Shown here: in pieces, positions 1-12,130 of the stretch | How positions within the stretch are numbered: the stretch's first letter is position 1 | Layout: each line of letters begins with the position of its first letter | NCBI GenBank assembly: GCA_043228905.1 | Contig: JBHGNT010000007.1 | Location: 16,182,001-16,246,000 of the forward strand | Origin: Azolla caroliniana | Taxonomy: Eukaryota; Plantae; Polypodiophyta | Direction: 5' to 3' | DNA: 64,000 nt | Notes under the pieces: model-generated | Told to the model about the DNA's origin: nothing | Seen by the model: only the letters and a program-made list of their open reading frames with translations | Database searches by the model: none | Position numbers and translations under genes: made by a program

Positions 1-1505
1 GTCTCTTCGTCGACCTTCTCGCGGGCCATCTCCCATCCTTCTTCGCTGGCATCGTGCCAGGACTCCTCAATGCCGTCATCCATCACCTCGGTCTCACGTG
101 GGCATAAGGGCCCGAATGCCGAGTTCTCCGGAATCAGTTCCGAGGGCTTTTGTCCGTTCCTTCCTCGTATTGTCTCGCCGGCGATTCTCGGTCTGATGTC
201 GCCGCCTTCCTCCTCTTGGGACTCACGTGGGCACTCGGGCCCGACTGCCATCATCTTGGGAGCAAGTGTGGGAAGACGCGCAAAATCGCCTGTCCTATTT
301 GTGCCCTTGTCTGTAACCATCGGATCCTTGTGGTCGGTGGTCGCCTTCTTACCAATCGCGCAAGCCCTGCTTGGCCTTTCTTCTCCAATGTCCAGAGCCT
401 CGAGTTGACGTGCCCGAAACCGCTGGTCCCAACGTTTTGATTCCACGATCGGTATCTCGGCCTTTTCCTCGGCCGATCTATCTCCGCAATCTGAGAGGTC
501 GTTTTGTTCCGCACCCTCTCCCGTGGTACCATCGTACAGGTCTTCTGCCATCTCGTGGGTCAAGTTTGTCTCCTCGGCATCAGCTTGCGGCCTCGTTCTT
601 TCCTCTTCCTCGAGCATTGCCTCGAGAGCTGCGTACACCTCTGCAATCCTAGCCCCGAAGCCGAGCCTTGCCGACTCTCTTTGCCGTTCGGCCTCTTCCT
701 GTTGTGATGTCATGTCGTCGCGCGCCTTCCTGCTAGCCTTCTTGGCTCACTCGTCCTCTAGCCGTTGGCATACCCTTCTGACCTTCGACCAGTCCTCCGT
801 AAGGCCATTCGCTCCGTCCTCATCTTCTAGCTCAATCCTGATGGCCTCCCGCTCCGCTCAATCGATCGACTTAACAAACAACAGAACTTTGTTCGCCCCC
901 ACCAAACCTTGCTCCCGCTCCGGGAGCCGAGCAAGTCGTTGCTCGAACTCTCGGAACGCCTTCGTTGCGCTCTGGTGGGTCTTCGCTGATGCCACCCACA
1001 AGTCGAAGCCGCGTTGTCCCCGGCTCTTCCGCCGTCCTCCATATGCCTGCAAGAGCGCCTCTTCGAAGGTCTCCCACGAACTATGAGCTTCCCGGAGCTC
1101 CTTCACGTCCGCGTGCATACGGACGGCGACGACCCGACAGAAGAACTCCAGCCTCAACGCCTCGTTTACGTCTCGCTCCTCCATTTCCACATTGTAGGCT
1201 TCTAAGTAGAATGGGACTTTGTCCCCGTTGAAACGGCCGACTCTTTCGACCACTCGCTCAACCACTTGCTGCGCCGTCTCTCTTCTTGTTGTTGCTCATC
1301 CGAACTCCCTCACCGCTTCGAGAAAAAGTTGCATGAAGTCGTCTTCTTCCAATTCCATTCTCCCTTGTTGCCCTTCACGTCGGGTTCACCAAATATGTCG
1401 CGTTATTACACGCGTGCATGTAAAAGGGGAGGGACCACGGGTGTCTCAGACGAGGGAGAAAGGGGATGCCAAGAAAACTGACACCGGACACGACCCGAAT
1501 GCAAC

Positions 1506-1561
<56 letters not shown>

Positions 1562-2142
1562 GAGGGAGAGCGTGAGCGCGACACCGACTCTTATGCACAG
1601 GAAGCAAGGGGGGGTTGTGCTCCCGGCACCACCAAATACACCTATATGCACAAACAGAGACGAGTATGTATATTACAAGGGAAAGAATACATCCCCGACT
1701 TTGAGCCGGACCAAGGTAGGTTAGGTTACAACAGCAGTTTGCTGCCAAGTGGCAGATCAGGGGAGCTCATAGGTTCGTCGCGTTGAGCGGGGTCTTGGAC
1801 AGGAGACCTAGCAGAAACAAACCCTAAACAGACATGAACTCTCAACCCACACAACGAAGAAGAAGAAGAAGAAGAAGAAGAAACTACCTAACCCTAATTC
1901 TAACGGTATACCCTCCTAACTCAAAATGGGCAACCCCTCTACAAGGGACCCTCCCTTCCTTTTATAGAACAAGGAGAGGGATGCGTTACAATGCAGGATA
2001 AATCCCGACTTACATGGGATTCTTTGTCCCGACTTGACTCCTACTATTCACACGTTTTTACAAGGGTAAGTGCACATGGTGCACTCCACCGATTCTTCTG
2101 ATATTCCCCGGTTTCTCACTATAGCCCGGAATCTTCACGACA
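1..2142 (-). mobile_element. Element A1: partial (runs off window) gag-only Ty3/gypsy LTR element of the Trp-primed 4-bp-TSD family; 5' LTR 1396-2142
   Basis: LTR reads TGTCGTGAAG...CGCGACA on the minus strand and contains a (GA)n tract. PBS at 1374-1391. Gag N-terminus (VERVGRFNGDKVPFYLEAY) in ORF 858-1265. Internal sequence is nearly colinear with 42250-43620 (element C). Outer flank is ACGA (2143-2146). Confidence 0.85.
1374..1391 (-). promoter_or_regulatory. Primer binding site complementary to the 3' end of plant tRNA-Trp (also at 22520-22537, 43605-43622, 46877-46894)
   Basis: Plus strand TTCACGTCGGGTTCACCA matches the 18-nt 3' end of plant cytosolic tRNA-Trp(CCA) as I recall it. It lies 4-7 nt from a 5' LTR in four elements. 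Confidence 0.85.
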
Positions 2143-5051
2143 ACGAGTTATCCTAGAATCCAAGAAAAACCGCATATATATCAAATTTCCCTATTCCTTA
2201 TAACCCAAATTTAGAGTGCCATCATATCTCAACAATATCTCTAGAAAACTTAGACAAAGAGGGGTAGAAAGAAGAAATGTTTATATTTGCGATAATAACA
2301 ATGCCAACACCAATTCAACAAAAGTCGAGTACCTTAGTTCCAACCAAGTATCAAGAATTCCAAGATGTCTTCAATAAGGACAAAGTAGCTAGACTCACAG
2401 AACATCGACCTTATGATTGTCCTATTGATCTTCAACCAAGAAAATATCCGTCGTGGGAACCAATTTATAGTTTATCACCTGCAGAGCTCAAGGTTCTTCA
2501 CAACTATATCAATGAAAATTTAACTAATGGATTTATTTGTCAGTCCAAATCTCTTGTTAGCGCACCAATATTTTTTGGCAGGAAAAAAGATGGATCGCTT
2601 CATTTGGTCGTAGATTATAGGATTAAACAAAATCACAATTCGAAATAGGTATGCCTTAACTTTAATACCAACACTTTTGGAGCGGTTGAGTGGAGCCAAA
2701 TACTTTACAAAGGTTGATCTTAGAGGTGCTTATAATCTAGTTCGAATTTGTCTGGGTGATGAATGGAAAACTGCATTTCACACTTGATATGGGCATTTTG
2801 AGTGTACAGTTATGCCTTTTGGTCTCACAAATGCTCCTGCGGTTTTGGCTAACGATATTATCCGAGACTTCTTGGATATATTCACCATCATTTATTTGGA
2901 AGATATCTTGATATTTTCCAAGACTCAAGAAGAGCATGATGAGCATGTGCGCTAAGTTCTACAACGATTACAAGAATATGGTCTCTATGCTAAAGTCGAG
3001 AAATGTAGTTTGGATCTCAACCAAGTGGAATTCATGGGGTACATAGTATCACCAGAAGGAATATCTATGGATCCAACAAAGTTGTAAACATATCTAGAGT
3101 GGGAAACACCACAATTTGTGCGTAATGTAGTGTTTCTTGGGATTTGCGAATTTTTACCGCAAATTCATTAGGAACTACTAAAAGAAGGTCCAACCTCTTA
3201 CACAATTATCACATAAAAACCAACGAATCATATGGAATTCTAGTGCGGTTGAGGCATTCGAAAGCTTAAAACGTGTGTTCACATCAGCTCCTATTTTGAT
3301 CCATGCTGACAAAGACAAGCCTTTTATTTTGGAAGCTAATGCATCAGATTTTACACTCGGGAGTGTCATCTCACAACCCAAAGAAAACGGGCTATTATAT
3401 CAAGTTGCTTTTCATTTGCGGAAATTTGAAGCTGCGAAAATTAATTATGAGATTCACAACAAGGAGCTTTGGAGCATTGGCTATTGTAGACTCTTTGGAG
3501 CATTGGCGCCACTTCTTGGAAGGTTCTCCCCATCAAATCATTGTCTATAATGATCACAAGAACCTAACGTATTTCCAGAATGCCTGAATCTTAAATCGTC
3601 GATAGGCTCATTGGGAACAATTTCTTACATGCTTTGATTTCTTGATCGTGTATCACCCCACAATACACCAAGGAAAGGCATATGTGCTACCTTGGCATTC
3701 CTACATGGCACTCTATTTAGGGGAACCTACTTTTGATCATCAAAAGCAAATCCTCCGTGGTCTTGATCGTTTACAAGTGATGGCCGCTAATGCTTTTAAG
3801 ATACCCACGAACTCGATACTCATTAGTACGATTCATACTGATCTTGAAGTAGACGAATTTGCGCAAGATATCTTGAATCATATCATTCCAGATCGTGTTT
3901 CTTGTTCAAGGTCCATGAATTCTCGTAAAGATTATAATCAGTTCAGTTGGCATGATAATTTACTTTTTCGAATTAATTTACTTTATGTCCCTGATGGCAG
4001 TTCTCAACTCCTTATTTTACAACACTGCCATCACATGCCAATGGCCGGGCATTTTGGAGCTTACAAAACTTTGGAATTAGTTTCTAGATTGGTTCACAAA
4101 ATTGGCACATTTTCTATCATGCACAAAGACTATAAATAGTCAAGAGACAACTGATTTGGCTATACGTGAAGTGTTTGGCATCGTGGTCTTCTTGATGATA
4201 TCATTAGTGATCGAGGACCACAATTCATCTCGACATTTTGCAAACACTTGTTTGGGCTCCTCCAAATTGATTGTAAACTCTCTTCAAGCTATCATCTAGA
4301 GACTGATGGTCAAACCGAACGTACCAATCAAACCTTGGATCAATGCCTTCGTTGCTTCATCAATTATCAACATTATTTACATTTTGCGGAGTTTTCTTAT
4401 AATAATTCAGTTCATTCTTCTACCAAACTTACTCCATTATTTTCCAACACGGGTGTTCATCCCCATTGGACAATGCTTGACCACCCAAAAATCTTGAAAA
4501 ACCCTATTTCGGAGGATCGCCTACATCATATCCAAGAAATTCATATTACTCTTTCTCATCATTTACATCATGCTCAAGCCACCCATAAGAAATTTGCAGA
4601 TCTCCATTGACTCAACTCATCACCAGAAAAACCCAAATTTCAAGTTGGAGATTGTGTATGGCTCTTACAACATAATGTGCAGACCACTAGACCTTGTAAC
4701 AAGTTCGTTTATCAATGTCTTGGTTCATATTTAATCACTAAACAAATCGATGAAGTTGTTTTTCATCTCGATATCCCTCCTCATATGCGTCTTCATCCAG
4801 TGTTCCATGTCTTATTCTTGGAACCTTATGCTTCAAACTCTATTCCAGATCGTGTTGTTCCCCCTCCACCTCCTATTGAGCTTGATGAAGGCCCACAATA
4901 TGAAGTGAAAACTATTTTGGACTACAAATTTTTGAAGAAGAAATTGTATTATTTCATTGATTGGTTGGGTTATACACCTACAGATCGAACGTGGGAGCCA
5001 GCTAAAAATCTCAGTAATACCAAAGAACTTGAAGATGAATTTCATCAATGA
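2143..5051 (+). pseudogene. Degenerate chromovirus (Tcn1/Tf1-like) pol: RT, RNase H, integrase, chromodomain
   Basis: Fragments [40 protein letters not shown], and chromodomain YEVKTILD...YFIDWLGY...TWEP. Many stops and frameshifts. Homologous to 31035-34986. Confidence 0.9.
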
Positions 5052-5748
5052 TATCTGAATACCACACACACACACACACACAAAACACTCAATGGAGCCT
5101 CTGCCAAAAGCGCGCGGGTTTCTCTCGCGAGCAGAGATGACCTATCGAAAACCTGTAGAGACCAACGGAAATGAGGAGAAGAATGCTCGGTTCCCAGTCC
5201 GACAGCACTTCGTCCTCGCCCCTAAAACGCAATACCGTTTCAGCCTTCACCCCTTCCTTTTATAGGTTGTTGGGGAGAGACTGTTACATCCGGTTTACAT
5301 CATCTTTATTCTCTATCCCTTCGGGCAGAGATACACTTTGATTTTCTAGCTAATAAATATATTCTTCCAAGTATATTTACATCATGCCGACCTACTCCTA
5401 GTCATGTGCAAAGTTATTAATGTACGCATCCCCATGTAAAGGAGACGGTTCACGCGCTATCGCGTTGTTACGCGGATGCGCGGAGAACAAGGCGGGACCA
5501 CTAGGGTCTTGGACCGAGGAATAGGTGAGGAAAGAGAGAGAGAGAGAGAGAGAGACGCTCACTCACGTATAGACAAAGAAGCACACGGGGACGCGGCCCA
5601 ACAACACAGGAGACACGAGTTGAGAACACTAGAGTATGTATGTAAATATATGCATGTATTTGGATGTATGCAGACGACTCGAACGGTTACAGCCGATCAG
5701 GTCGGCGAGGTGGATGCCGACGCCTATTCACCCACGCACATGTTACCG

Positions 5749-5914
5749 GCCGGCAAGGAGTCCAAAATACGGAATTAATTATATATGGTTGTAAATGAGG
5801 ATAGTGTGGACGGACGGACTGGAAACGGTATGCCGGCAAGGAGTCCAAAATACGGAATTAATTATATATGGTTGTAAATGAGGATAGTGTGGACGGACGG
5901 ACTGGAAACGGTAT
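5749..5914 (+). repeat. 83-bp perfect tandem duplication in U3 of the 5' LTR only
   Basis: Units at 5749-5831 and 5832-5914 with GCCG microhomology. Single copy in the 3' LTR (494 vs 411 bp). Confidence 0.95.
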
Positions 5915-6240
5915 GCCGTTCCAGATCCGGACGGATCCCGAATAGGTGCGAGGGGCACCGTTTTGTACTACGGGCCGGAAACCTATTTAAAGGCCCGGAC
6001 CCTATTGTAATGACAGCGGATAATTAATAGAGCTTATGATGTTTGTACTTCTGTCTTGATTTCCGTTCTGTAATCACTGTTATATCTTACGCGTGTAATT
6101 AACCAAGCAATCTAATCGTGTAACCTACGTAAGTCGGTGTAATCGTTGAATCTTAATCCTATGCCGTAATCACCCTTTGGTGAAGTGTCTCCGTGACACC
6201 TTGTGTTAGGCCTTGTCCGGCTAAGCGAATAACACAGTTT

Positions 6241-6251
6241 TGGCGACCACG
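6241..6251 (+). promoter_or_regulatory. PBS, probably tRNA-Arg
   Basis: TGGCGACCACG lies 6 nt after the 5' LTR. It is complementary to a ...CGTGGTCGCCA tRNA end, which I recall from tRNA-Arg(TCG). Confidence 0.6.
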
Positions 6252-6285
6252 ATTCCTGCTTACTCGCAGCGAACGACGGTAATGG

Positions 6286-9200
6286 ATGACTAGACCAACG
6301 CACGACTTGGTTACAGACCGAGCTCGACGCATCGCCGAACGGCAAAGACGGCGTGAGACTTTCCAGCAAGCAGCGCAGGAAATTCGCTCGGATCGTTCGT
6401 TCTCCAACGAGATCCGGAGAGTCGCGGAGGAATCTCTCCGGTTACGGCAAACTCGCAACCAGGACGACGGAAGCAGTCTAAGTAGTCTCCGGGAAACCGA
6501 ACGACTCCTGGAGGCGCTGGCAAGCGGAGAAAACGAGGCAGAAGCCTTTTCAGCCTACGAATCAGATTCCGAAGGGGGATACAGCGTGCACACGAACTAC
6601 CGGAGCAGCAACGATACCCCCGGCGGCCCGGAAGACGACGGGTCGGATACCGTGCCGACTCCAGAACCGGAACCGCTCAACCAGGGCTATCCGGAACCGC
6701 AAACGGAAGCCGTCAACCCACCAACACCGGAAGTGGAAGAAGCAAAGCCACCAACACCGACGAACGGACCGGCAAAGGTACCGGAAGTGGAACCGGAGAA
6801 AGAACCGGAAAAATATCAACAAACGCCACTAAACCGCGGCTTAATACTGGACGACGACATGCCGTTCCAATATTCAAAGTACCGCGATGATCCGGATGCG
6901 GAAGCGCATGTGGATGACTTCGAGCAGACATGGGAAGCAAATCACACGTCCCAGCGAATGACACCGGAGGAAGAAGAACGCTCGAAGATAGCGGAATTCG
7001 GAGTCACGTTGGAGGGACCAGCGACACGATGGCGGCGGTCGCAGGACCCGGCGACCATCACAACATTTGCAGAATTAAAAGCAAAATTCTTGCATTTTTT
7101 CCACAAGGAAGTCGACCAGACGACAATGGTGGGCCTGTTTTATACGATCCGGCAGGAGGCAGGGGAAAGCATTCCCCAATTCGTCATCCGTTTCCAACGG
7201 ATGCATAGCCAGCTTGCTCGTGCACCCCCGGAGGAGGAATTACGGACGATATTTTTAAACGCACTCCGGGAACCGTTACGCACGGTGTGTACGGTGATCG
7301 ACTTTCGAGGATGCACCATCGATCAGGTCATTGACCGGGTCAGGGAAATGGAAAAGACAAGCTCATGGCTTACGCTGGGAACACTACAACGGGCGTTACC
7401 CACCGAGGAAGATCTCCGGTTCCGGCAGGCAATTCAATGCACAATCTGCTTAAATGCCGGACACTCGGCAGTAGAGTGCACCATGCGCACTCAGTGTGTG
7501 ATTTGTCAATCCAAGAGTCATACAACGGACCGGTGCGAGTACAACCTGTTAAATCGACAAGCACCACCCGTCCGACGGATCGAGCCAAGAAGCAGCCGAG
7601 ACGAAGATGACGATCGTTGGCAAAGAGGGAACCGGTACCCACCGGCACAAGATGTCCGGTACGGAGACAGGCAAGAGAATGATGGCCGGTACGGGAATCG
7701 GCGTGATAACTACGACCGGTACGAGCGATCGGACCGTTATCGGGAGCCCAACAGACGACACGAGCAATACGACAGAGACCATTCGCCTAGTTACCGACGG
7801 CACCAGGAGGACTATGGCCGATTTTACGATCCACCACGACCGGACTACCGAAATAAGAATAAGAATAATAAGAAACGTAATTTCAAGAAAGGTGGTCACC
7901 CCAGGGACCCGGAACATGGAACACCAAGGAGCCAACCGGCACAGAACGCACCACTCGCTACGGGACCAACGCCGGCTACCAGCAATGCTGAATCCAGCAA
8001 TACCCGTAAAGAGTACTGCTACTACTGCAGGCAGGAAGGCCACTACAGTAACCAGTGCCCGGTAAAGAGCTACGAGAAACGACCAGCAGTTAATATGGTG
8101 GTTCCAGAAGTGGCGGATTTACAGCAAGTAACCACACGGTCGAGGGGCATGGCCAAAGAGTGGGAAACACAAGAGGTCATACGAAAACAAGCGACGGAAT
8201 GGGTGAAGGAAGCCAATGAAAAGAACGTCGCTGACGCGGAACGGCAAAAGGCAAATAGCATAGGGAGTGCCGGCGGTAGACACCCAGAAAACGAGACATG
8301 GCAAGCACTGCAAGAATGTCAGATCACGTTGCCGCTAGGAAGACTCTTACAGCTCGTGCCGCGATTTACGGAAGGGCTAAAAACGGGCATGTCAGACGGC
8401 ATAGCCCCACCGGCACCAGTCCTCTTCTCAAACCCGGAGGAGGGACCAACGGTAGTGGACACTAGCAGTCCGGTGATTACAGCTATTGTCAAAGGGCACG
8501 AACTTCCCGGCACCGTAATCGATGGAGGTTCCGGGGTGAACGTAATAAGCCTCCGTACGTGTGATGCCTTGGGTATACATGAATGGGAGCCATGCCCGTT
8601 CTGGCTACGGATGGCGGATACGAGCTCGGTGCGGCCGACGGGCTTAATACGGAAATTGGAAGTCACCATAGGAGGCCACACATTTCACATCTCGGCTGTC
8701 GTGCTGCAGCTACAGGCGCAAGGCGCGTACCCACTATTGCTGGGCAGACCATGGTTGAAAACAGCACACATCAAGCAAAATTGGCGAAAAAATATGATTA
8801 CCTTCCGGCGCGGAAAAGCCAAGGTCCGGGTACCGACACAACCACGGACGAGCAACGGTAAGGAATGCACACCGCTGTATGCGGAATGTGTGAACATGCT
8901 TGAAGGATTGGCAGACGACGAAGAAGCCCAGTACTTGGAGGAACATCCGAGGATCGTACCACTCTTCGAGATTGATGTAGCTGAAGCCGTAGCCGCATAC
9001 TTGCCGCAGCGGGACGACGACACCGAAGCCGAACCAGACAAAGATGCGATTCGGGAATTACGGCAAGCACAGGAAGCATTGGAACGGGAAATGGCCGTTT
9101 CCCAACGGGTAAAAGCATCCCAGCTCGACGAAGTGAACCTAGGAAGCAAGGGCGAATCAAAGCCGGTTCACATCGCCAAAGAAATGAAGCCGGAAGATAA

Positions 9201-12105
9201 AGCGGCGATGATCAAACTGCTTACGGAGTTTCGCGACGTATTCGCCTGGTCATACGAAGACATGCGAGGGCTGGACCCTCAATTATATCAGCATCAAATC
9301 CACTTAGGCAAGGACGCGAAACCAGTGGCGCAACGACGATACCGAATGAACCCCAACTACGCCGCCAAAGTAAAAGAGGAAATCGACAAACTCCTAAGAG
9401 TGGGCTTCATCCGGCCGGTAAAGAAAGCGACGTGGCTAAGCCCCATCGTCGTCGTCCCCAAGAAAAACGGTAAAATCCGTGTGTGTGTTGATTACAGGAA
9501 ACTAAATGCCGCCACAATTACGGATGCATTCCCTCTTCCGTTCACGGACGGAGTACTGGATGCCGTCGCCGGTCATGAAGTTTATAGCTTTTTAGACGGG
9601 TTCAGCGGGTACAATCAAATCCGGATGCACCCGGACGACCAGGAAAAGACAGCGTTCGTCACCGAATGGGGGGTGTTTGTGGCCGAAGTCATGATGTTCG
9701 GCCTAAAAACGGCACCAGCAACGTTCCAGCGAATCATCATGGAGATCTTCGGCGAATACATTCCTGCCTTCATGCAAGTTTTCCTAGATGATTTTGCAGT
9801 CTATAGCCGGGGAAAAGACCATTTGCAGCACCTACGGTTATGCCTTGAAAAGTGCAGGTTATACCGGCTAAGCTTAAACCCAGCAAAATGCATCTTTGGG
9901 GTTTCAAGTGGAATATTGCTGGGACACATCGTAAGTAAGGAGGGCATTGCGGTCGACCCGGACAAAGTAAACGCCATACTAGGGGCACCGGCGCCGAAAA
10001 CGGCCAAAGCACTAAGCCGATTTTTAGGACAAATCCGGTGGCATAGCCGGATGCTCCGTCACTTGGCGGACTTGGCGACACCATTACACACCGCGGTACA
10101 TCGGACACCGTTCCAATGGACGGAGACGGAGGATAAGGCATACAATGCCCTGAAGGTACTTTTATCGCAAGCACCCGTCGTACAGCCTCCGGATTGGAGC
10201 AAGGAATTTCACGTGTTCGTGGACGCGTCCGACATCGCGATTGGCAGCGCCTTAATGCAGCTTACGGAGCCCAAATGGTACCGGCCGGTATATTACGCCA
10301 GCCGGAAGCTGTCCCAAGCGGAGAAGAACTATTCAACGACGGAACGGGAGGCCCTCGGCATGATCTACAGTGTCACAAAGTTTCGTCACTACCTATTGGG
10401 AAGGAAGTTCTCCTTCCATGTGGATCACTCGGCGCTCCTCTACTTAGTTTCCAAGGCGTCCCTGACCGGTAAGTTGGCCCGTTGGACCTTGCTGTTGCAG
10501 GAGTTCGAATTCGAGATTTTCCACCGGCCCGGTATCCAGCATGCCGTAGCAGACTACCTGAGCCGGTTAGAGTCCGGAGAACCAGGCGACGGAGTAGCGG
10601 ATGAATTCCCGGACGCGGAGTTATTCCGTATCACCCCGGAAACGGCAGCGGACGACACGGTGGCATCAGAAGATAAATGGCTGACAAACATGCACCAGTT
10701 CCTAAGCACGGGCCTGCCACCGGAGGAAATGAACCGGGACGAGAGGAAACGACTGGCGGTGCAGAGCCGCAATTTCTGTCTGTTACGGGACACTCTCTAC
10801 CACAAAGGAGCAGATGGAATATGGCGACGGGCAGTCCGTAGTGACGAGAAAGAAGTAATTTTACGGGAAGCACACTGTGGGGTTGCCGGAGGACACTATG
10901 CCGGGGAAGCGACGGCGAGGAAAGTATGGCAGAGCGGCTTGTGGTGGCCCACGACGTTAAAAGACGCCGTCAAGTATGCTAAGGAATGTGACCTATGCCA
11001 ACGAATGGGCCAGCCTACGGAGCAAGCACGAATGCCACACCAACCGGTACTTCCACTAGAGCCATTCCAGAAGTGGGGGTTGGATTTTGTCGGACCGTTC
11101 AAGCCACCGGCAATGAGAACGGGTAATCGTTATGTCATCGTGGCAACGGATTATTGCACGAAATGGGTGGAAGCTAAGGCCCTGAGAGACAACACCGCGT
11201 CATCCACAGCAAAATTCCTATACGAAAACATTTGGTGCCGATATGGATGTCCGATTGAACTGATCAGCGACCAAGGAGGGCATTTCCTCGGCCAGGTAGT
11301 GGAAAGCTTAACAACGTTCTATGCCGTGGTGCATAAAAGAAGCACACCGTACTACCCACAGGCGAACGGGTTGGCGGAATCCACCAACAAAACGCTGCAG
11401 AACATTCTCCGCAAAATCGTCAACGAAAACCGGACGGACTGGGATACAAAGCTCAATAGCGCGCTATGGGCGTACAGAACGGCATACAAAACGAGTATCC
11501 GGACAACACCGTTCCGGTTAGCATTCGGCTTGGAAGCGGTCATGCCGGTCGAGTTCCAGGTACCAAGCTTACGGATCCAACTACGGGAACGGCTGAATGA
11601 AAAGAAGTCGGAGGAAATGCGGCTAGCAGCACTATGCGAACTGGAGGAGCAACGGCTGGCCAGCATCCTCCACATGGAACTGGAGCAACGACGACGGAAA
11701 GCGTTCGTTGACCGTCACCGAAAAGGTAACGAAAAGATGTTCGAAATCGGAAAGCCGGTTCTAGTCTTCCAAACGAGGATGGGCAAAATGCCGGGTAAAC
11801 TCCGGTTCAGATGGACAGGCCCGTATTGGCTGACACGGGAATACAACGGGTCCTATCAGATAGGGACACTTGCCGGTGAAGTACTAGGCAAGTGGGTAAA
11901 CGGATTTCGACTAAAACCCTATAAAGGACCGATGCCAAAGAACCCGTTTATGCAGCTCACCGGCACTACACCAGGAACCTGTCCGGGATCGGTACGGATC
12001 AATCCGGAAGAAAGAGACGACGGGGAACCCGTAGCAGAGACAAAGGAAGACACGGCAACCCGTAAGGAAAACGGTCAGGGTCCGAAGGGACCTACGGATG
12101 TGTAA
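6286..12105 (+). CDS. gag-pol: Gag-Pol polyprotein (1939 aa): gag, three CCHC knuckles, aspartic protease, RT, RNase H, integrase; no chromodomain
   Basis: Knuckles CTICLNAGHSAVEC, CVICQSKSHTTDRC, CYYCRQEGHYSNQC. PR IDGGSGVN. RT VCVDYRKLN / FLDDF. RH VDAS...TTERE. IN H-H-C-C, WGLDFVGP, SDQG, NGLAE. The DEFPD linker is typical of Athila/Tat. Confidence 0.96.
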   Translation: MTRPTHDLVTDRARRIAERQRRRETFQQAAQEIRSDRSFSNEIRRVAEESLRLRQTRNQDDGSSLSSLRETERLLEALASGENEAEAFSAYESDSEGGYSVHTNYRSSNDTPGGPEDDGSDTVPTPEPEPLNQGYPEPQTEAVNPPTPEVEEAKPPTPTNGPAKVPEVEPEKEPEKYQQTPLNRGLILDDDMPFQYSKYRDDPDAEAHVDDFEQTWEANHTSQRMTPEEEERSKIAEFGVTLEGPATRWRRSQDPATITTFAELKAKFLHFFHKEVDQTTMVGLFYTIRQEAGESIPQFVIRFQRMHSQLARAPPEEELRTIFLNALREPLRTVCTVIDFRGCTIDQVIDRVREMEKTSSWLTLGTLQRALPTEEDLRFRQAIQCTICLNAGHSAVECTMRTQCVICQSKSHTTDRCEYNLLNRQAPPVRRIEPRSSRDEDDDRWQRGNRYPPAQDVRYGDRQENDGRYGNRRDNYDRYERSDRYREPNRRHEQYDRDHSPSYRRHQEDYGRFYDPPRPDYRNKNKNNKKRNFKKGGHPRDPEHGTPRSQPAQNAPLATGPTPATSNAESSNTRKEYCYYCRQEGHYSNQCPVKSYEKRPAVNMVVPEVADLQQVTTRSRGMAKEWETQEVIRKQATEWVKEANEKNVADAERQKANSIGSAGGRHPENETWQALQECQITLPLGRLLQLVPRFTEGLKTGMSDGIAPPAPVLFSNPEEGPTVVDTSSPVITAIVKGHELPGTVIDGGSGVNVISLRTCDALGIHEWEPCPFWLRMADTSSVRPTGLIRKLEVTIGGHTFHISAVVLQLQAQGAYPLLLGRPWLKTAHIKQNWRKNMITFRRGKAKVRVPTQPRTSNGKECTPLYAECVNMLEGLADDEEAQYLEEHPRIVPLFEIDVAEAVAAYLPQRDDDTEAEPDKDAIRELRQAQEALEREMAVSQRVKASQLDEVNLGSKGESKPVHIAKEMKPEDKAAMIKLLTEFRDVFAWSYEDMRGLDPQLYQHQIHLGKDAKPVAQRRYRMNPNYAAKVKEEIDKLLRVGFIRPVKKATWLSPIVVVPKKNGKIRVCVDYRKLNAATITDAFPLPFTDGVLDAVAGHEVYSFLDGFSGYNQIRMHPDDQEKTAFVTEWGVFVAEVMMFGLKTAPATFQRIIMEIFGEYIPAFMQVFLDDFAVYSRGKDHLQHLRLCLEKCRLYRLSLNPAKCIFGVSSGILLGHIVSKEGIAVDPDKVNAILGAPAPKTAKALSRFLGQIRWHSRMLRHLADLATPLHTAVHRTPFQWTETEDKAYNALKVLLSQAPVVQPPDWSKEFHVFVDASDIAIGSALMQLTEPKWYRPVYYASRKLSQAEKNYSTTEREALGMIYSVTKFRHYLLGRKFSFHVDHSALLYLVSKASLTGKLARWTLLLQEFEFEIFHRPGIQHAVADYLSRLESGEPGDGVADEFPDAELFRITPETAADDTVASEDKWLTNMHQFLSTGLPPEEMNRDERKRLAVQSRNFCLLRDTLYHKGADGIWRRAVRSDEKEVILREAHCGVAGGHYAGEATARKVWQSGLWWPTTLKDAVKYAKECDLCQRMGQPTEQARMPHQPVLPLEPFQKWGLDFVGPFKPPAMRTGNRYVIVATDYCTKWVEAKALRDNTASSTAKFLYENIWCRYGCPIELISDQGGHFLGQVVESLTTFYAVVHKRSTPYYPQANGLAESTNKTLQNILRKIVNENRTDWDTKLNSALWAYRTAYKTSIRTTPFRLAFGLEAVMPVEFQVPSLRIQLRERLNEKKSEEMRLAALCELEEQRLASILHMELEQRRRKAFVDRHRKGNEKMFEIGKPVLVFQTRMGKMPGKLRFRWTGPYWLTREYNGSYQIGTLAGEVLGKWVNGFRLKPYKGPMPKNPFMQLTGTTPGTCPGSVRINPEERDDGEPVAETKEDTATRKENGQGPKGPTDV

Positions 12106-12130
12106 GGTCACACACCGTCATTAAAGACTG

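Noticed and set aside
1374-1391. tRNA-Trp gene
   Set aside because: Only the 18-nt 3' end is present, at the PBS position next to LTRs.
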